Positions 1-12,099 of a DNA stretch of 64,000 bases are shown here, one piece after another; within the stretch, counting starts at the first letter, position 1; each line of letters starts with the position of its first letter. Origin of the DNA: Hydrolagus affinis (lineage: Eukaryota). The DNA lies in contig JAAILG010000692.1 of the NCBI GenBank assembly GCA_012026655.1, forward strand, positions 1 to 64,000, in the 5' to 3' direction. The position numbers were made by a program, and so were the translations under genes. The notes below the pieces were generated by a model, which was not told the origin of the DNA, searched no databases, and saw nothing but the letters and a program-made list of their open reading frames with translations.

Positions 1-540
1 AATATAAATGACCTGATGTGCACTATAAACATGCAAGTTCTACCCACATTACGAAAACAGCCAATGTTTGAACGCGCAGGCGCTGTAGGAGCTAAACCAG
101 TGCCTTGAAACGTCCTCCCAATGTGAAAGGCGCTATATAAATGTAGCTTTGTTGTTTGACTGTTGTTGGTATTCATGTGTTTAGCTAGCGGGATTGGTTT
201 CGCTGAATGTAAGAACACTGCATACGTCCTATATCAATGCAAAATGTTTCCTGAATAAAAGGGGGTGAGCCATCAGGAGAGGCCCATATGTTGGTTTTCA
301 TTGTAACGTGATGGAAATACGATATTTATTGGTAACCATTGTATTTGAATGTCATTCTGTTTGGCACTTCTATCGGAGCTGGCTAGTGATCAATAACATT
401 AACAAACTTTCCTGAGAGTGTTGATGCCAACAATTGATTATGTTGTGGTGAAGGAACCGAGCTCAAAGCTGGATGGAGTTGTGCTTAAAGCTTGAAAGTT
501 TTATTTGCTCTTAAATAGGGGATAAGCATATTTTGGTTAC

Positions 541-637
541 AACAACAAAAACAACAGCATATTAACGTATATAGTGCCCTTAACATCAGAAAGATGTCCC
601 AGGGCACTGGACAATCAGGAATTTGGAACCCGAGCTG
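541..637 (-). mobile_element. L2 LINE 3' tail fragment (family A)
   Basis: (AAC)n tail then ...TAGTGCCCTT..GATGTCCCAGGGCACTGGACAATCAGG..ACCCGAGC, matching the tail of the ORF2-bearing L2 at 60641-61205. Confidence 0.7.
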
Positions 638-1229
638 ACTATAACATTACTGACTAAAAAATATATTGCACTGTACACAACTTTCTTTTCCCCCCCCACT
701 CCACTCCTTCTCTTGCGTTTTATGTTTGCCATCTCTGATTAAAAATGGTTGAGTGACACTGTCGTAAATTGTTCCTCACTTTCAGTGAGAGAAAACATTT
801 CTTGAAGATATGACTTATGCCCCAGATTTTGCAAAGATTCCTTTACTTTATTCATGCGGAATCGTTTTTGATGTATTCACCTTTCAGAGCACTGTGACAT
901 CCATGTCTTGAGACAACTATTGAACCTAAAATGCTTCAGTGATAGCATTTTAGGGGATCTCTTTGTATTGCAGGCAGCACTGGTGTCACAGTGCTTGGGC
1001 TGTTTTGAGTAAGCTACTATTGTTAGTTATGCATATATGAACAAACACAAATTTAGACTTGACAGCCCTGCAGATCCAGGTACACGAAAATGCCTACAAA
1101 CATGCTTGGAATTACACAATAATGCAAGCACACGCAAGCAAACCCACAGAAGGATAGACACCAACACCCCTCCCCCACCTCCACCCACCCCTACATCCCC
1201 TCCGCCCCCCCCACCACCCCCCCACCAAA

Positions 1230-1416
1230 ACACGCCTGATAAATAATCCCTCCAAAAAAAACACAATAAATCGGTCATTTCAATCCAAGACTGTTTGTGG
1301 GATACTGCTGCGTGCAGTTGGCTGCCGCGTTTCGCCCACAAATATACAGTCAATTCACTTTACAGTGTATTCTATGAAGTGTTTTGAGATCAAATGCAAG
1401 GATCATTATTATTATT
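1230..1416 (+). mobile_element. tRNA-derived SINE, 5'-truncated
   Basis: Body CACGCCTGATA..ATCCCT..GGTCATTTCAATCCA..TTGGCTGCCGCGTTTCGCCCACAAA and tail AAATGCAAGGATCATTATT, shared with many copies in the window. Confidence 0.9.
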
Positions 1417-2389
1417 GCAAAAACACTTAAAATATGACTTTCTATTACATACTGTTCTAAAACCACAAAAGATTGAGTGATTCTTAACATTTCTGAATTT
1501 TTCTTTAGAGCTGATCGAATGCTGTGAGGTGACTGAGATTCTGACATTTGCCACAGATGCACAGTTTGGAAATTAGCTGGAATGATAGATTGGTTCACAA
1601 AGGGTTAAGTGCATCCCTCATTGGTTCTCCTGCCTGGACTGCAGAGCGACTGCAGCTGCTGAATCTATTTATTGAGTTTGTCCTTCATCTTTGAAATCAC
1701 CTCATTAAAGATTCAGAAAGCCTAAACAATTCACATTTGTCCAAAAATGCTGATGAGTTCAATTGCTCTCCTTTAACCTGCTTACAGTGACTAAATACGG
1801 CAGTGCCTACACTTGCACAAGGTCAATGTTGTTCAACTGTCGACTCTTAAATGCAATCGAGTTGAGAGAAAAAAAAATCAGTGAGAGGAAAGTGAAGGCA
1901 GAACATTGCTGACCGGAAGGAATGCCTGGAGCTGCCTTTCACTTAGACTTCCTTGTCTGAGTCTGGTGATTATCATCAGTTGTCAGTAGCCTGTTCCTTG
2001 AACACATCAATCTGAGGAAAAAAATGACAAACATAAGGAAACTACACCTAAAATTTGTTGTATTTTAATGGATCACTGCACAACCAATATGTCCTCTTCT
2101 TAACTTTAAACGGGTGCTAAGGGTTTTGGGGCGTCACCTCTATGTGTCGCTATATATATAGATATATATATAGCACTATAAATGTAATTTTGTTGTTGTT
2201 GTTTTGTCCTGTTGTCCATGGAATCATTTGCGACAAGATTGAAAATGGGATCGAACACCTTTAGAAGAGGAATTAGGAGAAGGAGGAGGAGAAACAAAGA
2301 GAAAATTGGAGGTATAAATGTAGGTAAAATGAATAAAAATTCCATTGAGATCTACACACAGCAACTCAGCAGCTCCAATAACAAACATA

Positions 2390-2610
2390 ATACCGGCCTT
2401 CTTTACATACCCCGCTCTGCCCACCTCCATCGACCCATCAGTTATTCGACTCCTGCTCTCTTGAACTCCATCCCGATTTACTCTGTCCCTCTCTTCGTTC
2501 ATTTTGAACCTCTTTAGTTACACTTTCACTCATCTTTTACCTCTGCCCTTCCACCCTACCCCCCACCCCCCCCCCGCCTCCCCCACTCCTCACCCGTTGA
2601 TCAGTGCCCA
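2390..2610 (+). mobile_element. Decayed L2 3' fragment
   Basis: CCGGCCTTCTTTACATACCC..GAACTCCATCCC resembles the reverse complement of 60840-60960. Confidence 0.45.
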
Positions 2611-3959
2611 ATCAGTAGGGTTAATTACTTTGAGATGTTCTCTCTATTTCAAAGGCAAAATATAAGTGTAAATTGTATTGTATTCCACATTAACTTTCCT
2701 CCAAACATCTCCTGCCGTTCGCTATGCTCTACATTAATAGGTTTGCGCTATGCTGTTTATCAGCCACTGGCATCACCTTTGTTAATGTGTTTTCTCTGGT
2801 AATGTGTGTCTTCATTGTTGACAAAAAATTTGGGCGAAAAATTTCAAAAGACCAAATTCAAAAATGTTGCATTCTCACAAAGAAAAATCATTCAATTCTC
2901 AAAAGGGTTAAGCGACATGAAGGTGTCAGCTTTTCAAAGTGCCTGAGGGCGAAGGAGATGAAAGAGTTTGCAGATTGGCTGGAGTTATCCCTTGCAAGTA
3001 CAATATCAAGTTCAAACTCAGTGCATGTTTTGATGGCCCATGCAGGGATCTTAGTCTCAGGTTGTGGCCTCAAACATCATTCGTGCTTCCAACGTGCTCT
3101 GTGCAGACATCCAGACACTCCTTCAGCGCAAGCAAAGCCGGGATTGCGTTTTCAGCCACTAACGCTTTTACAAGTGATTCAAATCCCACGACAGTCTTGT
3201 TCAGAATGGTGCAGGCACCGTGAAATGTGACACATTAGACTGACTACGTCAGTGAGTACTGCACACTGCAGCAACCTATTCCTGCTGGAGGAATAGAGAG
3301 GTCAGCAGGTATCAAGTTATCAGACCCTCCTTTCACTGCAAACAAATAACAAAACAGCAAAGACACTTCACTGGTAGATAAATAAATAATTACAGCAATC
3401 TCAGATTGCTACGCAAGAAGACAGGAACATATAAATGATTGATATAGGGGAAGCTTGTTCAAGGGATAGTTGGTGGGTTGAGATGAAATAGTTTTAGCAG
3501 AGATTGTCAATGAGTTAAAGGGCAAATTGCCAATAGGCTTGGGAGAAGGGAGATAACTACTGTACTTGATTGGGAGGAAATGGTTCAGTTTTAGTTTGCA
3601 GATGAGTTAGATGGAGATTGCTGAGAGATTGTAAGGTGTCTATGAATTGGGGAAAAAAACTTTTTAATGGGAGCTCAACCTTCTGATTGTTTTCTCCTCC
3701 CTCAGCCCAATAACATTCTGTACCTACTCAATGTCTCCCCTGATAGTGTAGCTAAAATGAGGAAATAAAATGTGTGCAGAAAATGGGGATGGGGTTGGCA
3801 CCTCTATCACTCTGGTGATCAACAAATTGCTTGAAAAGGCCTTCAGTTAAGATTAAAGTTATTTAAACTATTCAAGGGAAGCTATGGTTTACACCACATT
3901 TGCAATTTGCACGAGTGTCTCAAGCCAAGCTTCAAGAAGACAGGCCATGCCAACATTAC

Positions 3960-4114
3960 GTCACGAGGTAGACATTTATTTGGGGAGGATGGGGTGGCGA
4001 GGTTATGGGGAGAGAGCTGGGGAGTGGAATTAAATTGCTCTTTTTAAAGAGCCAGCACAGACTCGATGGGCCGAATGGCCTCCTTTTGTGCCGTAAGATT
4101 CTATGATTCTATGA
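3960..4114 (+). mobile_element. CR1 LINE 3' end
   Basis: GGTTATGGGGAGAGAGC..GATGGGCCGAATGGCCTCCT..(ATTCTATG)n, the typical CR1 3' UTR with octamer tail. Confidence 0.85.
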
Positions 4115-5096
4115 TCACAGCATACAGTAATAATTGAGAAGTAGCGCCTTGCGACGTCCTCCCGACATGAAAGGTGCTCTACAAATAGCAATTCTGTTGT
4201 GGTTGGAATAAATATTGACTGATGTCACAATATTAATTAACGGAGAGCCACTAATTGAAAGCCAAAGAAGCCCAAAAAGTGCGACATACGGCATCAAACA
4301 AAACAGTAAATGTGATGCTCTGCCTCAAATACAGCCCAAACATGAAATATTGAAGAGAAGGGAGCAGATCTTGGGACTGGTGAGTCAGATAGGTTAGCTG
4401 GAGGCAGCTCGTATTGTATAACCAACTGTAATTCAGACAGGAAGTGGCACCAGTGCTGTGCACAACAGAGATTTCAGGGCTCTTTTGACTGCTGGATATT
4501 TCAAGGGCTGAAAAATAAATGGAAGAGGGAATATCTGATGAAGAGCGGATGTGAAATAAAGAGGGACAAGGCACAGGGATGGATGAGCCCAATATATGGT
4601 ACTTATGCTGTCCTGAAAAACAATAAATAAGAACTGAAAGGAGTTAGTCAAGTGAAAAAGAACCTCACAAGGGAACATATTTTCCCATTTTATTTGTGAA
4701 GCCTGGAATATAATAGGAGATGCCATTATTTTGTTAGTGGGATATACCTGTTCCAGTTCCTATGGATCACGTACGTTTTATTTGATGGGACGCATACCTA
4801 GTCAGAGAGATGTATTGTCCCCAGAGAACAAACCAGACAAATATACATGAGTTTCGATGTAATAAGCCATTGATAAAATAGAAACATTGATTGTACACAA
4901 TGAAAAAAGGCCATGGCAGTTCCATCTGACCAGTTTCCAAATACAGGTAATACAACAAAAATTAAAACAAATGCTCTGTTATTCTTCCTTTCACAACCCT
5001 TAGTTGATTTCTTTGTCAAACGACTGATATATTTTGTTCTTGAATTTGATTCTGCTTCCAATATGTCCTGTTTTAGTCAACTCCACCTATTTGTGT

Positions 5097-5393
5097 GGAG
5101 TCCTGTAGCTCAGTGGTTAGAGCACTCACCTTGTAAGCGAGAGAGGTTCGATTCCAGACAGGGCGAAACCTTCAGCAAGTTTCCTTACTCCACACGCCTG
5201 ATAATAATCCCACACAAAAAAAATTGGTCATTTCAATCCACAACTGTTTGTGGGATACTGCTGTGCGCAATTGGCTGCCACATTTCACCCACAAAATATA
5301 TACAGTCAATTCACTTTACGGTATATTCTGTGAAGCGCTTTGAAAAATCTAGAAGATATGAAAAGCGCTATATCAAATGCAAGGAATATTATT
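5097..5393 (+). mobile_element. tRNA-derived SINE, near full length
   Basis: Head GGAGTCCTGTAGCTCAGTGGTTAGAGC (A box), GGTTCGATTCC (B box), family body and L2-like tail. Confidence 0.95.
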
Positions 5394-5577
5394 AATCTCT
5401 CCTTAAATAAATGAATTGGGACAGTTTGGTCATCCTCTCTTTTCTGAGCTTGAATCGATAACCTCTTATTCGAGATTGTTTTGATCCATGTTTCAGTTTA
5501 TACCCTTTAGGAACTTGTATTTCAATCAGATCACCCTCCCTTGAATCCAACCGTCCATTGAAATAGCATCCCTCATG

Positions 5578-5718
5578 CAGGGTAGTGTCCCAAAGAACTT
5601 GACTATGGCGGATCAGGACCCCGAGCTGGGAAAGGGGGTGGGGGGGGTGGGGGAGCAGGAAGCCTGGCAGTGGGGTGGGGGCCGACTAGAGTCACGGTGA
5701 AACAGGAAGGTCTTCAAA
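5578..5718 (-). mobile_element. L2 3' UTR fragment
   Basis: GTCCCAAAGAACTTGAC..CCCGAGCTGGG, G-tract, GAAGGTCTT; same layout as 8362-8560. Confidence 0.55.
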
Positions 5719-7077
5719 CCTATTCTCATCCGACCGAGTAAATTGTGAAAATCATGCTCAGCCTACGTGATTTGAAAACGGCACCCGTTATAAAAGCAGA
5801 CTGACCACACATTCACAGTGATGATTATGTAAAAAAAAAATCAATTTGGCTTCTCAATTTATGAATAGGCATGTGCTCACCTAGCCATCCGTTCTTGATT
5901 ATGTTGTTCCTCCTGGTGACATTTCCTACCTCACTTCTTGCAACTAAAGCTTGATGTTCCAGCTCGATGGCTGTATTTACGTCCCTGCTTTAGGCTATAT
6001 TGTGCAGCGTGCAGCACACGATGATAAATTTACCAGGGTGTTATTGCAATGTTCCTCTGGAGTGGTTCAGCGATGGAATGGTTGCTTTAGGACAGCAAAG
6101 GTGTCCTTGATGCTAACTCTCATAAACGCACTGTTAAAATTAATGACATGGAGTTTTGTTCCGCTAATGTTTGTGACTTCACTGTTGGATTGTTCTTAAA
6201 AAACAGACAAACACACATATTATATCACTGCGCTCATCAACAAAAAGTATTCGCTGGGCATTGTGTCAGTTTCAAATTTTGTTACATCTAGCAAGTTGTG
6301 AGCTCTATAAACTTCTATAGACAGGGCTGGCACTGCTGGAAATCAGAGATCACACAGTTAAAAATTTGGTGGGGGACTTTGACATTGATACAATAGCTGT
6401 ATAAATACATCTGACAATAGCAAGACGCTGAAGGCATCTTTTGAGTTTATCTTGAATGGAAGCGCGGCAAAGAGAAAGATGCAGCTATTGTGTTGTGCGA
6501 TGGTTTGATATGAGCAGTTATGCATCTGCTTTCTAAGATGGATCTTTTTGTTAATCCCTGCATCTCAGTAGCATAGTATTTCACAGGAAACCCAATGAAA
6601 TCAGCTCTCAGAAGATTTAAGGATTCAATTACTGAAGCATTACTATTTCAATAGCTGTCCCAACTCTATTACAACTGACTCACTCCCAACACGGAAGGGA
6701 TTTTGATCCTCAAAAGCACAGAATATCAAGAGAGACGGTGAAGCCTGTTTCAAAATTATTCACTTACAGAAAAACAGTGAGAGAGAAAGACCTTCAGAGC
6801 AAAAGTAAAGGACATCTCCTTTTTAAACGCACAAGTTTGTTAATCTAGTGGAAAGCTGGTGTTGTTTGGCGTTGTGTTGATGGGAGCGATTAAAGACTTC
6901 ACAGTAATTAACAATTGGACGTGACCCCAGATGATGAGCAAGAAGTGGGTTAAATCAATTGCCGAATGATTCTGAAGAGTGCAGCCTTGCAACAAAAGTT
7001 TCCCAGTCCCTTTTAACATGGAATTAGATTTCCCCTGGGCATTAGGCCTGTGTCGTTTTATGACACGCTGATTTTAC

Positions 7078-7391
7078 AATAATAATAATCCTTGCATTTG
7101 ATACAGCGCTTTTCACGTCTTCTAGACGTCTCAAAGCGCTTCACAGAATATACTGCTGTATAAAGTGAATTGAATGTATATTTGTGGGTGAAACGCAGCA
7201 GCCAGTTGCGCACAGCAGTGTCCCACAAACAATTGTGGAATGAGTGACCAAATTCTTATTGTTTTCTTTTGAGGGATTATTACCAGGCGAGTGGAGTAAG
7301 GAAAGTTGCCCAAGGTTTTGTCCTGCCTTGAATCGAGCCCAGGTCTCCCGCTTGCAAGGTGATTGCTTTAACCATTGAGCTAAAGGATTCC
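7078..7391 (-). mobile_element. tRNA-derived SINE, full length
   Basis: Reverse complement of the family consensus from the (AAT)n tail to ..TAACCATTGAGCTAAAGGATTCC. Confidence 0.95.
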
Positions 7392-7569
7392 ACATACATA
7401 CAGTATAAGTAAACTCACTGACCTCTGTAGTATGCATTTAGAATGGGAAATCATGACAAGAATGGACTGCCTGAGATCAATATCATTTTCCCACAGCAGA
7501 ACTTCCCTCCATTGACATCCAAAATAAAAAAATACATGTTCCTAGTCTAGCATCCCTCCCATCCATTTC

Positions 7570-8358
7570 CCATGTGAGACTCTGCGCCACGAAGATAAGA
7601 CAGTATCACTGGAGAGAGAAAGATTGACTGAAGCCAACAATACCTGTCCAGGAGTAAGGCACTGAGAGGTCTCTGTGACGTGCCTGTATTTCTCTCGCCT
7701 ATTGTAACTCTCCAATCGTACAGCATTTCAGTGACACTCATTGGCTTGCCTTGTTGGCATTATCTGCAGGCATATTTGAGCCACGGAATTGTCTCAATAA
7801 TAATAGTAATGTTAATAATAATAATATTAATATAATGTGTCAGTTTAGGGCCGAAATGCAAATGTTTTCATTGTTAACGATCGGCTACGAGCATCTATTA
7901 ATAGACTTGAAGCTGTGGTCTTCACATGTACCAGCAGGGATCTGTTTGCATGTTTTCAAACACAGAAGACGGAAGACTTAGTGCAGCAGTGTGGTAATCC
8001 GTCAGTTGACAAGTATCCAACATATAATTGTTCATCGCTTCAATATCCTGCAGGATTAATTTTGTGAGTACTTTCTTGAAGTGGTCAGAGACAAAGGTAT
8101 TCAGGGATCAGCGACTCATTCGCTTTCAAGCCAAACGCTTCAGATACTTTGTCTCCAAAGGAAGGGGAGAAAGCCTCATTGACCTGTTTAGGGACGAGGA
8201 ACTGCAGCACACACTTTCACCAATGCCAATGGCAGAATTTTGATTATAAATGGGACCTGAGAGACCCGAGTTATCCCACCGGGCTCTTAAAGCCCTCATT
8301 CCTTTTTTGTCAACCTATTCATGTGAGTCAGGTTTCTCAGCATTGGTCTCAATCAAAA
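7570..8358 (+). pseudogene. hAT (Charlie/Buster-type) transposase fossil, C-terminal half
   Basis: Frameshifted motifs in the expected order: YLSRSKALR (cf. RWLSRGKVL), WLALLA..IFE..N.LN (cf. WL..LAYLADIF..LN.LN), LKLW, ESLIDL, PELSHRALKALIPFLSTYSCESGFSAL (hATC dimerisation motif). Confidence 0.85.
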
Positions 8359-8361
8359 TCA

Positions 8362-8790
8362 TCAACAACAACAACAACAAAATTACATTTCTAAAGCACC
8401 TTTCATGTTGGGAGGGCATCCTAAGACACTGAATAGTCAGGTCGGAACCCGAGCAAGGGGGAGGGGCAGGGTAGGGGTTGGGAGGGAGAAAGTTAGGAGG
8501 GGAGGGAGAGAGTTGGGAGGGCGGCAGAAGGCACTTTTGAAGAGAAGGGTCTTGACACCGGCCTTGAAGGAGGCAAGGGAAGAAGTGAGGCGAAAGGACT
8601 CTGGGATGGAGTACCAGAGTGTGAGGGCAGAGAGGCTGAAAGCTCGTCCACCGATGGTAAGGCGGGTCAGGCGGGGTACATGGAGCAGATCAGAGGTCGC
8701 TGAACGGAGGGGCCGGGCAGGTTCATAGGGAGACAGCAGGTCATGAGATAGGAGGAGGAAAGGCCATGAATGGCCCTGAAAGTGAGGACA
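8362..8790 (-). mobile_element. L2 LINE 3' fragment (family A)
   Basis: (AAC)n tail, terminal hairpin, G-rich UTR and end of ORF2; truncates the hAT fossil. Confidence 0.85.
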
Positions 8791-9799
8791 AATATAGAAT
8801 AATGCACTATATCAAATGCAAGGTCTATTATTATTATATTATCACCATTAACTTATAGCTATTAGCGTGCTTTAGTGTTTAAGCAGGAAAGCTTCTTTTC
8901 TCCTTCCTCTGTGGATATTAAAAAATGTCTTGGAGGCAGGTCCTCTTCTGGTCATCCAGTTGAATGCTAATTGCCCCCTTTGGCACTTTTCCCAGGGTTA
9001 TTAAACCATTTTCTGACAACTGGCCTAGTTCATTTATCACATAATCAATCACTCAGTAATTTATTTCCACACAGCTTTATAGCCTTGGGCTTTCAAATAT
9101 TCACGGTGGTCCCAAATATTAAGCTTTGTTTCCCAAATATCTGCTCAACGATCAGCATGACCTTCTGCTCTGTGTGTCCCGGCTTGTTGGATTTCCAGAG
9201 TATAAATGCTATTTTTTGCAAGGTTGTGCTATTGGCATCACTGCAATGCTAACGTAGTTGGGTCAAAGATATCATTTCTGGCTTGTTAAACCCTTGAACC
9301 GGTGGCTGAATTCACTTGATAGCTTCATTTACCATCGGTGGGAAATTGGCATGTGATAAAGTAGGAAGTGACACTCTAGTATTTGAGGTGTGTGCAGCGG
9401 TAATTACCCAGTAAAGTTCCTTGTAAAATAACCTTAATGACTGTAAACAGAGTGAATCCATGTCTGCACTGCTGTTAATTCAGCTGAGTCATGCTTTAAA
9501 GCTCGGTAGTTTCTTCGAGCCATTTCCTGCTGATGTCACTTACAAACATAAGGATAATCAGTGAATATTTATTTATTCATTAGAATTGATTTTTTTTAAG
9601 GCCTGAAATTCAACCTAGACGGTTTGATTTAAACTTTTAAAGCTTGCAGAGTTTTGGACAATTCTTAAATTCAGTCTGAATTTGGAAGCTGGTCCTTTTT
9701 AATTCCTGAAGCCTAAAAACTGAATATTCCCATAATTCTGCCCACACTTCAATTTTAAGCAAAAAAAAAGGCTTCCAAGCTAAGAGTAACGAATGATCA

Positions 9800-10006
9800 A
9801 CTTTGGAACTCTACCCCAATCGTTCCACCCTTCCCCCTCTCTTCTCCCCCTTTTTCAAGTCCCGGAAAAGGAAAAGCTTCCTTTTCGACTACGTTTACGG
9901 TCACCCCCCCCACCCCACCGGCTCGGCGTCAGGCTCCGCCACTGTTTAGTTCTCTGAAATGCTAGGCTACCGTGGAGGTCGCGATATAAATGCAAGTTGT
10001 TGTTGT
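9800..10006 (+). mobile_element. L2 LINE 3' end (family B)
   Basis: TTTGGAACTCTACCCC..GGCTCCGCCACTGT..ATATAAATGCAAGTTGTTGTTGT, related to the reverse complement of 43693-43880. Confidence 0.7.
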
Positions 10007-10149
10007 CGATCAGAACACCTATGAACATCCTGAAGAGTTGATGGATTTTCCCTCTTTGAACTCACAGACTCACAGATTGAATACAAACAGACATTTCGTC
10101 ACATAACTGGATCAGTTGTTTGTGTGGAAGCTATAGAATTCGCATCTGT

Positions 10150-10222
10150 ATGATGATGATGATCCTTGCATTTGATATAGCGCTTCTCACGTCTTCTAGA
10201 CGTCTCAAAGCACTTCACAGGA
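10150..10222 (-). mobile_element. SINE 3' tail fragment
   Basis: ATCCTTGCATTTGATATAGCGCTTCTCACGTCTTCTAGACGTCTCAAAGCACTTCACAG. Confidence 0.85.
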
Positions 10223-12099
10223 TGTATCTAAATGTATTGGGAACCAGACACAATGACTTGATAAGGTTCCATAGTTTCCTCAGTCAGTGTGGTTAATTTT
10301 TGTTTGTGCGTCTAAAAAATGCGTAATGGATTATTAGGCCACGGAGAGCCTATCCAGGTTTGACATGGTTTGTCCCAGGCATTCACATCCAGCAGAGCTC
10401 CCTGGTAAGCAATAATACAGGGTCTTCAGAAAGTTCACTCTTCCCCCTAAGCCCAGATACACCAAAGCCATTTTTTAGCAACTTCACTGCAACCACCAGC
10501 TAATAAATTGAACTACGTCAGTCCAGGCCAGATATCAAACCTGGAGCCTGCCTGATATGTGGTTCAGTGCCACACTGTATAACATCAAGTGAACTTTTAC
10601 AGAACAAAAACATCCTAAACTACGAACAATTTTGTTTCTAGTGTTCATTCAGATGGGAGCAGCAGAATGGTTGGTGTGGGAAATGGGGAAATATGCACAC
10701 TGGCAGAAAACAGCATAAATGTGCAGAAGGAGAAAAAGTGGAGATACTTCACAGTATTATTACCAATTTGTTTTCTCAAAAAATTGCTCCACCAACTAGG
10801 TGCGAAGAGGATGAAGTATGGGCAAAAGAATCCATGCAAGAAAATGATACTCAGAGATATGATTCAGAGGTAGTATGTTGTAGAAAACATAGCTTAATTG
10901 CTTACCTACATATATATACACACTTATATTTTACCTGATCAAATTGGAGTAAATTATGATGCAGAGAGAATGGAAAAAGAAGAGAGAACTGGATTAGAGT
11001 ATTTCAGTTCTTTTTACATTAAAATTCTTTTAAGTGCATGTTTTTATAGTTTTCAGGTGATATTACATTAAGAAAATTACTTCTAGCATTTATTTTCAGT
11101 GTCTTGGGATATCCTCCCAACGTGAAAGGCTCTCTATAAATGTAATTTCGTCGTCGTTGTTGTTATTTAATTTTATTTGTACTGTATTCTATTTGCAGCC
11201 GTTACTATATTGCTATTTGTTTCAATGTCAAAGAGCATCAGTGGAATTCATTCAAAACTGGCTCGCCCCAGGTTAGAGGCAATGTCTCCAGACTTACTAG
11301 CGATCTAACATTTAAGTATCTTATGAGAAATAAGTATTGCATAAGAAATCAATAATCAGAAAATGGGAAAACAAGAGAGAATGAATGAGCGAGTCACGAA
11401 AGTCTGTTTCACCAAGAATCCATTAACCTATTAGTTTACCAACAAATAAATGACTGCAAAAAACGAAAGGACCGTACATGTGAGGAACACAGGCACAGAA
11501 GTGGATGAATCAGCCCCATCGAGCCTGTTCCACCACTAGCAGAAAATGTTGATCTGCACTTGTTATACACATTGTGACATCGGAGAATCCATCTGAGAAC
11601 TCAAGCAGTTACACACTGGCAGAGAAAAATAAAATGAGAAAACAAACCATGGCAGCACAGCAGAATGAACCAATTACAAAGAGAAACTGACTATGAAAAA
11701 TGCACAAAGACTGTGAAGTCAAATCAAATGTCCCTGTGATGAAAATGATCCCTCGACAGACAGATTAACCTCCCTCGCCTGTCAGTCAAGAAAATAATTT
11801 GCACCTGTTGGGGATTTAACAGGCACAGTTAAAGCACAAACAAATAACTAAACCTAGCGTTAATAAATCTGACTGAGTGTGATTAACCTACAATAATACT
11901 AATCCTTGCATTTGTTATAGCGCTTTTCACGTTTTCTACAACACTGTAAAAAGCTAAAATATCCTGAAATAGCTTCAATCTCAACAACACTCAAAGTACA
12001 AAAGATGTTATAATACTGTAAATATACACATATGTCATGAAACTATCCCTTTTTAAGCGATTACTGGTATGCATCAGCTTCTATTGTCTTGATATACAG

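Noticed and set aside
1027-1353. Poly-Pro and poly-Gly ORFs
   Set aside because: They come from a C-rich low-complexity tract fused to a SINE fragment.
2724-3230. Longest ORF (168 aa)
   Set aside because: No recognisable domain or convincing exon structure; this length can arise by chance in 64 kb.
4535-4560. CTGATGA..GAAA hammerhead-like spacing
   Set aside because: No stem II or stem I complementarity and no cleavage triplet context.
5097-5170. Functional tRNA gene
   Set aside because: The tRNA-like head is always continuous with SINE body and tail and is mutated differently in each copy.
4913-5395. Recurrent peptides such as [14 protein letters not shown] and IKCKDYYY in many ORFs
   Set aside because: Translations of the same SINE, not a protein family.
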